The position numbers were made by a program, and so were the translations under genes. A DNA stretch of 41,036 nt from Asterionella formosa (Eukaryota): assembly GCA_002256025.1 (NCBI GenBank), contig NKIB01014749.1, positions 1 to 41,036 of the forward strand, read 5' to 3'. Positions 20,688-32,431 of the stretch are shown here, one piece after another. How positions within the stretch are numbered: position 1 is the first letter of the stretch; the number at the start of each line of letters is the position of its first letter. The notes under the pieces are model-generated. The model saw nothing but the letters and a program-made list of their open reading frames with translations, ran no database searches and was not told where the DNA came from.

Positions 20688-22125
20688 TGCTTCACTGTTT
20701 TGATTTCGAATGGAATTTGAATGGGAATGTGAGAATACAACTCGAGGACATTGATCGAAAAGTACAACAACTGTATTACTGCAATGAGGGAGGGCCAACG
20801 TGCAGCTGGAGCTACTATTTGCTATCCAAAAAGCACCAAAACTCGTTGTGATGCGGTAGCTGGCGATCTTGAATTTCCCAGAGCAAGTTCAAGGGGGTGT
20901 CTAATAAACATAAAGCTTGAACGTTTGCGCACAGGTACTGCCATCGTCCCAAAGCTGAATACCAACAAAACAGCACACAAGATAAAATCGATGGTGTACC
21001 AGGGCGCCTATTTCCATATCCAATGAAGACCCTGCAGAGGTCTATATGCTTGGTGATGATTATGCTTGGAGATATATACTTACTGCACCATGGTGAGAGC
21101 GTTTCTCGTGTAGCAGAATGGAAAGCGAAGTGAATGTTCATAGTACAGTGCAAGTGTCAAGAAAAATCGGAACCCAAAGCAAACAGAGGAACGATGGAGT
21201 CAACTGCATTATGTGTGCAACATATGCATGTCATACGCACAGAACATTGAGATGGTATGTCGTCATCAGATAGATCGCTCGTCGCCACAACATCAATTAC
21301 CGGCCTTTATATAATTAATTGGTACCAGGTAGTGCGGCTATTAGAAGTATATACCGGTACATACATGTATTTGGACATGTACCTACCCCGGTAAAATGGT
21401 AGGATAAATATATATATATATTTGTTTATGTTCATACATGTACTATTACCTGGTACCAGGGTAAAATCACTTATTTACACCAACACGTCTGGACTTGAGT
21501 CCAAAGTCTGACACCACCAAAAGTCAGACTTCACCTGATGCTGCAGCTCCCCAATGCACAAAGTCACTCCTTGTATCATTTGTTGTTGTGGATTCTTCAT
21601 TACTAGGAGTGGTGCAATTGCGATGAGCCTTGGCTTTGGGGACCTTTTTCAAAGCAGCTGCTGTGAGAGCCGTGCCTACTCGTTGCTGCTACACAACCTT
21701 ATCGTCTTCCTGTAATCCTTTGATGTCTCTTTTTGAATGCACATTCAAATACAGGTTATTCATTCACAAAACAAAGAGTATATTGGTGGTATTAGATTAT
21801 TTGGGAAAATTTTGCACAACCATCCATCACCCAGCCAGTCCAACACAAGAACCACACATTCGAATGACGTTTGATTCGAAAACGACTGGAATCCAATGAA
21901 AGGGTGTTACACCATATCATTTGAAATGACGGCCTGACAGAACAAGTCTTGGACAACCTTGTGGCAAGCAATATCATTCAAGGTTATGGACACAAATGCT
22001 GGAGTCGGTTCAAACAAAACAGTCAAACTATTGGATTCCAACACTATTGTTGCTATCAGCAAAACTTTTGAACGCTGTGTCATATCAATTACATCTTTTA
22101 CATCCCTTGTCAGTGAACAATAACA

Positions 22126-22745
22126 GTGACCTATAAAATCAAGAAATTGCCAATCTCCTTTGGGCCCTTGCTCAGTACCTCCAAGTTTGCAACAGAACCT
22201 GTTTGTGCAAGCATACTAAAGAGCTTTGACCGAAAAGCTCCAAAGCCTCAAAATTTTAGTAATTCCATGTGGTCCATCGCAACAAGTGAAATTTATGCCA
22301 AGGGAAATGAGATTGTGATTAAACAATGTGCTGATTTGTTAGAAGGAGACAAGAAATGTGTTAAATCATTCAAACCACAAGAGCCAAGTAACATTGCTTG
22401 GGGACTTGCAACTATGATTTCGAACAGACGCCAAGAACCCAAAGCATCATCATCTCATCATCATCATTATCAACATCGTCGTCTTCACACGAAGATTTGG
22501 AGGCATTGAGAATAATGAAGCATGTGGCAAGGCATTTGATTATATGGGAAGACGATTTCAATTCGCAGGAACTCAGCAACTTGTTGTGGGCGTTTGGAAC
22601 TCTTGGATTTGATGTTACCCAGAAGGAAGCAGCGATCAAGATTACCATGAAATACTACATCTTCTTAAAGTCGATGATATGGAAGGCGATAAGGAACTCA
22701 TACTTCCTGATCTGTGATGTCTGTGAGTCGGCAGCATAAAAGCGT
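22126..22745 (+). pseudogene. Frameshifted fragment of an OPR-like repeat (RAP/FASTK-type) RNA-binding protein gene
   Basis: Repeats KPQNFSNSMWSIAT, FKPQEPSNIAWGLAT and FNSQELSNLLWAFGTLG in two different frames with stops. The relic probably extends to ~21900-23130. Confidence 0.75.
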
Positions 22746-23354
22746 TCGCTCCAATAGTCAATGAGAATGAAAGACTCATGATTAATACCACAACCAACAA
22801 ACTGTGCCTCCATCTGGTACATCTTAACTCTGATCCACACCTCATCTTGAAGAACAGATTCTAAATATTAACCTATGTCCACAGGAGGCAAATTTTGATG
22901 GAAAGAGTTCTCTTCTTGATTTTGTATGGAAAGCGGGCATGACCTTCAATGGATTGTTCTCCAATTCTATCATATAAATTGATAAAAGCTTTTGCTCTTG
23001 TGTAAAGAACAAGCAATCCAAATTCGCCAGCATCATTCCATCTCAGCATTGAAACCATATCATTTGTAACAAGACTAAGTTTTTCGTCTTGCCCGCGGTA
23101 AGGTAGCTTGTGAGGGACTCCACAAGCGCACATGGCTTAAGAAATTCGATTGCTGATATGCACATGGAGAGAGGAGATACGAGATACTAGAGACAAGAGA
23201 GGAGAGAGGAATACCAGTGCATGAAAGGCATCAAAACATGTAAAGTGGCTGATGAAATTGGACGGAATGGCAACAAACAAGAAGCTATGCACGAAATCAG
23301 TATGTAATCATCTGTTACAGTTTTTACAAACACATGAGGTGATATGTCTTATAT

Positions 23355-23630
23355 CATAACCTGAGAAATAAATTCAATTGATTGAACAGAAAATATTCTT
23401 TATATATCAAGATTATTTCCGATGTAACAACAACTTTGCTTAATCAATAACTTTTGGTATATATGTTCAATAAGTTTTTACATATGCATAATTTGATCTG
23501 TGTAGAATCATAGCTGAGATAAAAAAAATCAATTAATTGAACAGAAAAAGTTATTGATGTCTCAAAATTATTTCAAATATAAAAAAATTTAGCTTAATCA
23601 ATAACTTTTTGAACATCTGCTGAGTAAAAT
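23355..23630. repeat. Diverged AT-rich direct repeat, two copies, period ~153 bp
   Basis: CTGAGA...TCAATT.ATTGAACAGAAAA...GCTTAATCAATAACTTTT occurs at ~23360-23455 and again at ~23514-23610. Confidence 0.8.
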
Positions 23631-23689
23631 GTTAGATCTAATGGAAATTTTATTCACAAACAGATTCAGAAGAAGTGATGCTACTCAAG

Positions 23690-24677
23690 CACACCATTCC
23701 ATCTTGTCAGCACAAATGACTGATTCGCTCCCAGTTACAGTAATAGCAACAAGACAACTAGAAAATATACAGAAGGAGGCTAGAAAGGCAAGCTTAGGAA
23801 AAATGGGTTTCAATCAGAATTTTCCGCTGGCAGTGGTATACAGATCCAAACAAACTGGAGGGATAGAAATGGTAGACCTTACCATGAATAAGGAGGCTAG
23901 AACAGTGGAGCAATAACTCTATCATAAATACGCAAATGATAAAACATCACAATTGATGGAAATTTCCCTCAGGATCCCCCAATTGGAATCTAGTTGGAAC
24001 GAACTGCTTTTAATGGACCCGAAAATTCCATTCCCTATTTATCCCAGTTGTGGGAAACAAACATGACAGCCCTTATTGGAAGAAACCAACTACAAATTGA
24101 AGATAGCAACTAATGGAAAATTAATTCTGTTTTAAGAAATGATGAAATGATCATGAAATTGCTAGCAGGATGCAGGCTCAGTGCAAGTAAATTACATAAC
24201 GTCAATGCCTGTTGTATATTTCTTCAGGTAGTGTGCAACTGGGGATGGTACAAGAATACGCAAGGAAACCATGGAATTCGAAGGATTTCACAAAGAACTT
24301 TGCCAATGGAATGGCCTAATCAACCCATCCCAACACAAGAAGTCATTTGGTTGGACAATACAGCTTCAGAAGGTAAAGGAAGAAATTGAGGACCATGTTG
24401 CTTTGTACGCAGGCCCTGTGGATGGAAACCCAAAAGACAATAGCTCATTTTGGGCAGAACCTTTTGGTATTGCTTCAAGTATTCTATTTGTCAAATATTC
24501 ATTCAATACCGATCCATTGACACAACCTCTACAGTCACAATCTGGAGAGGTAATGCAGCCTCGATATCACGCTTAAATTTTCTCTCCTATATACTCCATA
24601 CTGATAGATCCCCGGCAAATAGAGATCTAGTTTCAATGATTTCAGACCTTACTAAAACACTGCCAGTACAAGGATAA
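23690..24677 (+). mobile_element. Relic of a non-LTR retrotransposon (Ambal-like): post-RT region and RNase H
   Basis: LGKMGFNQNFPLAVVY.....GGI, QLES....LL..P, L..VNAC.IFLQV, GPVDGNP...SSF.AE..GI and TIW..NAASI in shifting frames; heavily deleted. Confidence 0.72.
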
Positions 24678-25229
24678 AAGCGCACCAGGACAAGCCACAG
24701 GCCACAGACCAACGGAAAATGACCTGCGCCGCAACGATGAATGTTCGAGCAGACGACGTTGCAAAAAATTCTCATGAGGTGATCCACGGACATTTGACAT
24801 TTGAACAGGCCTCTTCAGGAAAGGAGTAAGAGATTAAAGTGAAATTCATCATGCAAGATGAAGATCCGCAATGGATGCTCTTAAGGTAACTATTATAAGT
24901 TTTCGTCATCATATCAACAAAAGGAAGCGATATCTCACACTAATCTGTTATTGTTCTATCATTTACTTGACATTTAGCGGGTCATTTCAGAGCAGGACCG
25001 ATATTTTGAATGCATGATTGTGTGTTTGTATGTTTGCATTGTTTCTGTTGCAGGAATGTCGCAAAACGATACCTGTTCAAGAGTGAAAATTGATCTGCTC
25101 TGAATGATCAGTCTCTCTTTTCTTAAATTGTCCATACAGACGTGCCATATTGCCTGCCTTCTCAAGAAATGAAGGTTCCATTCTGAAAGTACAGCCTTGA
25201 TTCCATGTCGAGATAGGTTTTCCAAGTAG

Positions 25230-25513
25230 AGTGAAAAAGTTGAATTAGTCAGCTACCTCCTTTGATAGTTGAACAACCTTCAGATAAAAAGTTGAATGCC
25301 CTTTCAGATAATTAGCTGAATGGGGTCACGCATCAGGAATGCATGCATGATACTCTGATCAAATAAAAAATGATACATTCAGATAATATAGTTGATATAT
25401 TCAAGAACGCATTTTGATGTGCATATTTAACAAATTCATGTGACTCGTTCAAAATCAAACTTGGGTTATTTATGTGAAGGTCACTTCACGTAATACGCGG
25501 CTTAGATGTGGTG
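25230..25513. mobile_element. Probable transposon right terminus with subterminal repeats, same family as 1-179
   Basis: Repeated AAAAAGTTGAAT and TTCAGATAA motifs; terminal CGCGGCTTAGATGTGGTG. Confidence 0.5.
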
Positions 25514-25524
25514 TTGTATACGAT

Positions 25525-26635
25525 CTCACATCATGACAATAAATAGCAATTCTGATCGAAATCAAAATTCGGTTTGGGCCAGTCAGCTAAGATTTAATTG
25601 GCACCAAATAATTCAAAAAGTACAAACAAACTGTTTTGATTTACTAGGTAATTAGGTCATCATGACGAACAACTTGTATGAACAAGGAACAAGACCAAGA
25701 CCAAGACCAGGACCAGGATTGTTTTCTTTTGTTTTGTTTTGAGTTGATGGATAAAATCTTTGGTCACAATGAAGAAGGAGAATTCATATGTTCTGGAAGC
25801 AAACAAGCGAAAACTAATTTGGGGTTAGCTGACAGATTATGTCAACAATCAATTCTATTTGAATCGAGTTTTCCTCGACAAAGTATCGTCATGACGAAGA
25901 AGAAGAATTCAGATGGAAAGAGAAATTCAATTTGCATCCATCGAGCATTCAATCGAAAAACAAACTGCCTGGTTTTTGTCGACTCGTTTGTAAAGTGTAT
26001 ACATACTCTTTGTTATACAGTAAAATCTATCATTATATCATGATGATGACTAGTAACGATTAAAATGGAAAGCAAAAATCGATTTGGGTCTGCTGAGAGT
26101 TGAACGAAATAAAATAATTAGGTCTACGTCGACTAAGTTGAAAACAGCTTTGTTGTGTTGGATAATCAAGGGTCTATCATGAAGGCTAATGAGGATTCAT
26201 ATTGAAAGTGAGACTCGGTTTGGGTCAGCTGAGAGTTCAGCTTAATGAAACTATTCAATTTTGTCGAATAATTTAAACTGCAAATATGTTGTTTTAATTT
26301 TTTGGTTGAATTCATCATCATGACGAAGTTTATTAGTTCATGAATTTGAAATGGAGATTCGGTGTTAGTTCACTTACAGCCAGTTCAACTCGAAAAATTT
26401 AATACAATTTGAGTTGCATCCAATTGTTAGAGCGAAAACCAACATAGCTAGTATTGAGTTGTTGAATCTATAATCATAACAAATGATATTAACGCATGTG
26501 GAAAAGGGTAAAAATAAATTTGGGTTTGCTGGAAGATTAATCAAATATCAAATTAATATGATATTGACGCATGTGGAAAGAAGGGGTAAAAATATATTTG
26601 GGTTTGCTGGCAGATTAACTAAATATCAAATTCTA
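25525..26635. repeat. Degenerate tandem array, ~8-9 units of ~110-160 bp
   Basis: Recurrent ATCATGA(C/A)GA followed ~40-50 bp later by TTTGGG(T/G)NWGCTG.NAG (about 25573, 25818, 26083, 26219, 26519, 26597). The last two units form a recent ~75-bp duplication. Confidence 0.7.
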
Positions 26636-27473
26636 GCTAATTGAGTGGAGTTTTGGTTCGAAGATTGGAAGGTTGGAGCGATAAGCTGTCAAACATTAAA
26701 CAAGTTTCTGCTGAGTATAGCCAAATTCTGTGCTGGGTGTAATGGAGGGAAGGGCAAGATTTGTGACAAAAGGACATAATGCCTTTATAGCAAATCTAAA
26801 AAATAAAAAGATATAATTTTTTTTAATATTATCAAACATGCTTTACTACTACTTAGCTTGTTTAGCTTGTGTATTTCAACCTACATCAACTTCTCAATGA
26901 CGCACTTCCTGCAAGGCCCACCAAGAGGATGATTAATGTGAGCAGCCATCAAGTCTTGTAGCAATGAAATGATGGAACAATGACGCCACGGTCTTTTGGA
27001 AGTGTGTTGTTTGTGATGCATATATCAAAATTCTTTTTAACACAGTTGAACTCACGAAAACTTATCCGTGTACACAACACAAGATTCCATCAATAAATTT
27101 AGCCTTTGGAAGCATTCTACTACGAGTATCAGACAGACATTACCAGACCATCGTCCGGGCGACCGCCGTGAAGGTGATACACTCAGTACATATACCGGTA
27201 TATATTCAAACGAAATTAATTATCTACGTATAGCTTCAGAGTGTTTGTATTGATGATACCGGTAGGCAGTTTGACCATTTTCTCAAATACCGTGCGATTT
27301 GATTGTCCGTCGGGTGGAGCTACATAGAATCGTTGTACTTTATCCGGTAGAACTGAACTGATGAGGACTGCGATTTCCATTTAGAGGGCAACAGTGGTAT
27401 GGAAAGTGTGCTAGAGTATATTTGAATTGTTGTTTTCAAAAAATATCCTTTCAATCCCTCTGCTGGAAGAAAC

Positions 27474-28295
27474 ATGTTGTCATATTCCGAACAAGGCAAT
27501 CTCTATCATGCCGTTGTTGTGACGTTGTCTCTAGCCTTTGCAGGATCTGTCATGTTATTGGCCCGGGATGATGTAGCATTCTTCGACAAGGAATGGATGA
27601 AAAATGGCTTTTGCGTCGCCGACGAGAACACAAATTATTGGACTTCTCACGACACTTCGTTCTACGCCGACGTGTTCTTTTCCATCATTCATTTATGTCT
27701 GTGGCTTTCGTGGCGCAACAAGCCCCAGTGCCAAGGGAAACTATCGTCCAGAGTACCCCAGATCGTGTTTGGGGTGTTGGCACATGGACTTGGCCACGCC
27801 GGAATTGCCCACCAGCTGCGAACCATGGACCCCGACGGAATAGGAGAGATTGATCCGACTTTGAAGCCTCCTCTATACATCAATATTATTAGGTTAGGAA
27901 TTCTGTTTTGGACTCCCCTTCTCTATTCCATTCTCTACGAGAACCTCAAACTCTGGAGGATTACCACTATGGGTCTCGTTTTCTCAGGTTTCTCGACCTT
28001 GTTGCCCCTGACATATCAGTTTACCTTTGTTCAAACAGTGTTGATCATGTGCTTTGCCATTAACGAACTTCTACGACCAACCAGTGAAAAAGATAGAGAA
28101 TATGCCATGTTCCCATTAATTGTAGGGATGCCCACAGTGATTTGTGGGTGGATTGAGGCGCTTGGTTGTTCTGCATTCTATAAATCAATTGGTGGACATG
28201 TTTGGTATGATGGAACAATTGCAGTGACACAAATCATGTTTTACATTTATTGTTACTTGTATGGACAAAAAACAGAAAAGCCCAAACTTTTGTAA
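27474..28295 (+). CDS. Uncharacterised ~7-TM membrane protein with His motifs
   Basis: 273-aa ORF with about 7 hydrophobic segments; WTSHD, HGLGH and GGHVWYD. Confidence 0.85.
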   Translation: MLSYSEQGNLYHAVVVTLSLAFAGSVMLLARDDVAFFDKEWMKNGFCVADENTNYWTSHDTSFYADVFFSIIHLCLWLSWRNKPQCQGKLSSRVPQIVFGVLAHGLGHAGIAHQLRTMDPDGIGEIDPTLKPPLYINIIRLGILFWTPLLYSILYENLKLWRITTMGLVFSGFSTLLPLTYQFTFVQTVLIMCFAINELLRPTSEKDREYAMFPLIVGMPTVICGWIEALGCSAFYKSIGGHVWYDGTIAVTQIMFYIYCYLYGQKTEKPKLL

Positions 28296-28828
28296 CAAGT
28301 GCCTGATATATACTCCTATGACCACTCCTACGACCAAGCAGTGAAAAAGATAGAGAATATGCCATGTTCCCATTAAATGTAGGGATGCCCACAGTGATTT
28401 GTGGGTGGATCGAGGCGCTTGGTTGTTCTGCATTTTATAAATCAATTGGAGGACATGTTTGGTATGATGGAACAATTGCAGTGACACAAATCATGTTTTA
28501 CATTTATTGTTACTTGTATGGACAAAAAACAGAAAAGCCCAAACTTTTGTAACAAGTGCCTGATATATACTCCTATGACCACTCCTACGACCAAGCAGTG
28601 AAAAAGATAGAGAATATGCCATGTTCCCATTAAATGTAGGGATGCCCACAGTGATTTGTGGGTGGATCGAGGCGCTTGGTTGTTCTGCATTTTATAAATC
28701 AATTGGAGGACATGTTTGGTATGATGGAACAATTGCAGTGACACAAATCATGTTTTACATTTATTGTTACTTGTATGGACAAAAAACAGAAAAGCCCAAA
28801 CTTTTGTAACAAGTGCCTGATATATATA
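28071..28828 (+). repeat. Tandem triplication (257-bp unit) of the 3' end of the 7-TM gene
   Basis: Units start at 28071, 28328 and 28585. Copies 2 and 3 appear identical and differ from copy 1 by about 5 substitutions. Confidence 0.97.
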
Positions 28829-28979
28829 TACTTTTCTTCATTATAGAATTGACGAGTTCACCAGGAAGGTATCAATTGCACAATTCCCGAAAAACTTTCA
28901 ATGAAATTGGTACCCTGACATTCCTCCTCAAGAAAAATAAATGAATCCTTTCAGCATTCCCTCCTTATATTTTCATTAC

Positions 28980-29031
28980 GAATTGATTCTTCATTAAATT
29001 TCAGAATTGATTCTTCATTAAATTTCAGAAT
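28980..29031. repeat. 24-bp perfect tandem duplication
   Basis: GAATTGATTCTTCATTAAATTTCA x2. Confidence 0.9.
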
Positions 29032-30025
29032 AAATTAGTAATTGTTTTTAGATGTAATGTACCACAAATAAATCCTGTTGAATGCAATTTACAATCCAAC
29101 TTGTTTGGCCTGCCTTGCTTGAACCAATATATCACCAAGTGGATACATAACTCACCATCAATGGATTTCAGTATAGATCAATGTACACAAATCTTCAATG
29201 CAATGAATGGAATTTAATTATAATTTGATTGACCTTCTTGCAATCAGAATTGTATTACTTGTTCATAACGTAGCATTCATTGTCTGGCGAGGTACCCTGG
29301 TACCATACGTCACATGTATACCGTAGACTATATATACCGGTAGAAGTATACACCGAATTATGATATATTTAGAAGGAAGAAGCAAGCAAAAGAGCGACAT
29401 TCAAAAATAATCCGACTCTTTCGACTCACAGGCCTTGAATGATAGATTCTTCTTCATCAATTCTGACTAACCCCTGGTACCAGGTACCTGGTACCGATAC
29501 AAATGGTACAGGATACCTGGTTACCACAGTACATACCAGTAGCTACAGCACCAGGTACCCTGGACCTGGTACTCGTATCTGGCGTTTACAATTTTGGCTC
29601 TATTGATGCACCGGTATCCTATGTACGTGTGCGTTCGGTACAGGTACACGGGTATACCCGCGAGCAAGGCGAGCTCCTCGAAATTTGCTTGTTTTGTTAT
29701 TTACATCAAACAAGTGCGCACGAAAAGGATTCTTTCTGATTCACTCTTCGTTGTGTTCTATTGAAATACACTACGTATCATAACAGCCGTGCCCTTTCTA
29801 TTGAACCAGATTATAGCTGGCAATAGTCTGCCACATCTGTACTGAGTCAGCCATGTCACAGTAGATGCGACTGATTCATCGTCCCCATGAGCTACATAGC
29901 AACGATTGCTGAGCAAATAATTATAACAAGGATATATGCACCGATATAACGAAGGAGCACAGTGTGCTCACAAAAGATCTCAGAACAAGAGCTAATCACA
30001 AAACATCCAAAGCAAGAAAATCATC

Positions 30026-30745
30026 ATGAAGGTTTCTGTTTCCGTTCTCGCTTTCGCCTCTGTGGCTTCCGCTCTCGCTCCTACTCCTTCCAAAACTGCC
30101 CTCCGCATGGCGGAAAGTGGCATGGACATGAAAAGCTACCCAAGTATCAACGGATGGATCGCAGATTCGTCTAAGTTTTGTGCTGGCCTTCCTGGATCTG
30201 TTGCTCCCTTGGGCAACTTTGATCCATGGGGTCTTGTGTCGGACATGTCTGTTCAAGAAATTAAGAGATATCGTGAGTCTGAAGTCACTCACGGCCGTGT
30301 TGCCATGTTGGCTACTTTGGGATACCTTGTCGGTGAAAGCTTTCACCCCTTCTTTGGAGGTATTGTTTCAGGACCTGCTAACTCTCACTTGACCCAAGTG
30401 CAAGAAGTGGCACCTGCCTTCTTCACTCTCCTTACCATTGCCATTGGTGCTTCCGAATTATACCGTGCCAAGACCGGGTGGAAGACAGCACAATCGTTGC
30501 AAAAGGCAATTGACGATCCAAACAATGCTCTTGGAGCTGTTCTTAATGACGATTACTATCCAGGTGATATTGGATTTGACCCACTTGGTCTCAAACCCAA
30601 GGATGCCAAAGGATTTGCCATTCGTCAAACGAAGGAACTGAACAACGGCCGACTTGCCATGCTTGGAGCTGCTGGTATGATTGTTCAGGAACAAATCACG
30701 CATGAAACCATTTTTGAAACTCTCCAATCCATGGGATTGTTTTAA
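30026..30745 (+). CDS. LHCX: Fucoxanthin-chlorophyll light-harvesting protein, Lhcx/LI818 clade
   Basis: Signal plus transit peptide (ASA-LAP); GLPG...PLGNFDP.G, RYRESEVTHGRVAMLA, GPANSHLTQV, E.YRA..GW, YYPGDIGFDPLGLKP and TKELNNGRLAMLG. Confidence 0.92.
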   Translation: MKVSVSVLAFASVASALAPTPSKTALRMAESGMDMKSYPSINGWIADSSKFCAGLPGSVAPLGNFDPWGLVSDMSVQEIKRYRESEVTHGRVAMLATLGYLVGESFHPFFGGIVSGPANSHLTQVQEVAPAFFTLLTIAIGASELYRAKTGWKTAQSLQKAIDDPNNALGAVLNDDYYPGDIGFDPLGLKPKDAKGFAIRQTKELNNGRLAMLGAAGMIVQEQITHETIFETLQSMGLF

Positions 30746-31069
30746 GATAGGCACTTATTGCGATGGTAGGTACATTTATTTAGAGTATACATGCAAACAC
30801 ACACACATACACTGAACATCACTCCTGGAACAGAGCGCAGAGATCTAAAAATATAATTCATGACATTCCATTAACATTTGCAGTCGTTTTGACCTGATAA
30901 GCACCACAAAGAGTCGAGTTTGTTCGCAACACCAACATGACAGGAAAAGATTTGGAGTTATTGCAGTATAATGGAGAGGGAAATGAAAATTCGTATTTTA
31001 AACAGGAATTGTTAAGCCTTTGGTTATTTTATGAGCAATCACTTTACAAGCAGTACCCCTAGCTTTTTT

Positions 31070-32431
31070 TTACAAAGACTCTTTCTTCCAAAAATCTGAT
31101 GGTTTCAATGCATTGGCCAGACACGCCATGACAATCAAGGTCCCCCCAACATAATCATTCATCCCAAAAGATTCATGCAATAAAATAGAAGCAAAGAGTG
31201 CTGCCCACAATGGTTCTGTTGATAGAATGACTGAAGCTTCACTCGATGGGACTTTGCCCAATGCCGTAATTTCAATAAAATAATTGATCGAGGTGGAAAC
31301 AATCCCAGTCCAAACTACTGCTGCCGCAACTTGTGACAAGGATGGTTCAAAGAATAAATTAGGGAGTGTCATAACTTCATATCCTGGCTGTTGCATCCAC
31401 CCATCAGCAAAGCACCATAGCATACTAAAAAACGATGTCGTTGCAATGAGCGTAGCTGTAATGGGAAGAGCTTGATTGGGTTGACTGTGCATCATCTTTT
31501 CAGATAGAAATACGGCTGTTCCAAATCCAATGGCTTGTACGAGCGCCAATACATCTCCAGTCCCCATGGATATTGTAGGGCCGATGCTAGAAGTAGTAGT
31601 AGTAGTAGTCCCATCACCTCCAGCAAGCTCCAGAATTCCCACACCACTCAAACACAAGACTGCTGCCAACCATGTTTGTGGTGCTTCCTTCCATCCCAAG
31701 GGTTTGCCATCCACCAACCATTCCAAGAATGGACACCAAAGGACAGTTGCTGTTCCTAAGAAAGAAACAGTAGCAGGACTGGTATCTAACAATGCCAGAG
31801 ATTGTGAAATATACCCCAAGGAAGTGAAGCACCCACATAGCACCGCCTTTTGTCGAATGGTCGGATCTAATTTGACCAATTGTGGTGACAACACCAGGGC
31901 TGCCAATACCATTCGTGCACATGTTGCTGCGGATGCTGGGAGTGATTCCTCCATGAGACTTCCCAATGGAAAGTTCGTGCCATAGATGCATGCCACGGCA
32001 GCTAAAACAAGACGAGGGCCAATGTAGGAAGATAGAATTCCGTCTATTGTAAATGACTCTGAAAATAATGGCTGATGTGTTTGGATACCGGTGTCCTCTT
32101 GCTGCAATGATTGTTCTAAATCGGGAGTAGCTTCTGTCATGGTTATTGTGCTACCATCATCGTTATTGTTGTTGTCTGCTATCATTCTGAACGGATGGTT
32201 GCTGTACTTGTTGGTTAGACAAGGTATTGGACGAGTTGAGAATGATGATGATGACGGTACTGAAGGAGGCGATTGTCTCGTTCGCAAGCGCATCATGTTG
32301 ATGGGCTGCTGGGGTGTAAGCGGCTGAAAGGCATGACAATGGCACGATAGGAACACCATCAGCAGTAAGGAGGAGAAGTGGGGTAAAGGAATCGTCATCG
32401 GCATGTTTGTCGAGGTGTTCAATGAAATCAT
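31070..32431 (-). CDS. EamA/DMT-family transporter with predicted bipartite plastid-targeting presequence (start may be 32404)
   Basis: Signal peptide ending CHA-FQP, then a Ser/Arg-rich transit peptide. About 10 TMs with YGTNF, LGYISQS.AL, GD.LAL.QA.GFG and EASVILSTEPLWAALFA. Confidence 0.9.
   Translation of the reverse strand: MISLNTSTNMPMTIPLPHFSSLLLMVFLSCHCHAFQPLTPQQPINMMRLRTRQSPPSVPSSSSFSTRPIPCLTNKYSNHPFRMIADNNNNDDGSTITMTEATPDLEQSLQQEDTGIQTHQPLFSESFTIDGILSSYIGPRLVLAAVACIYGTNFPLGSLMEESLPASAATCARMVLAALVLSPQLVKLDPTIRQKAVLCGCFTSLGYISQSLALLDTSPATVSFLGTATVLWCPFLEWLVDGKPLGWKEAPQTWLAAVLCLSGVGILELAGGDGTTTTTTSSIGPTISMGTGDVLALVQAIGFGTAVFLSEKMMHSQPNQALPITATLIATTSFFSMLWCFADGWMQQPGYEVMTLPNLFFEPSLSQVAAAVVWTGIVSTSINYFIEITALGKVPSSEASVILSTEPLWAALFASILLHESFGMNDYVGGTLIVMACLANALKPSDFWKKESL

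Noticed and set aside
28364..28809. Two 62-aa ORFs as independent genes
   Set aside because: They are by-products of the 257-bp duplication and have no promoter region of their own.
25525..28830. CRISPR-like array
   Set aside because: Eukaryotic context, no cas genes, and the repeats are either too degenerate and irregular or are plain gene-end duplications.
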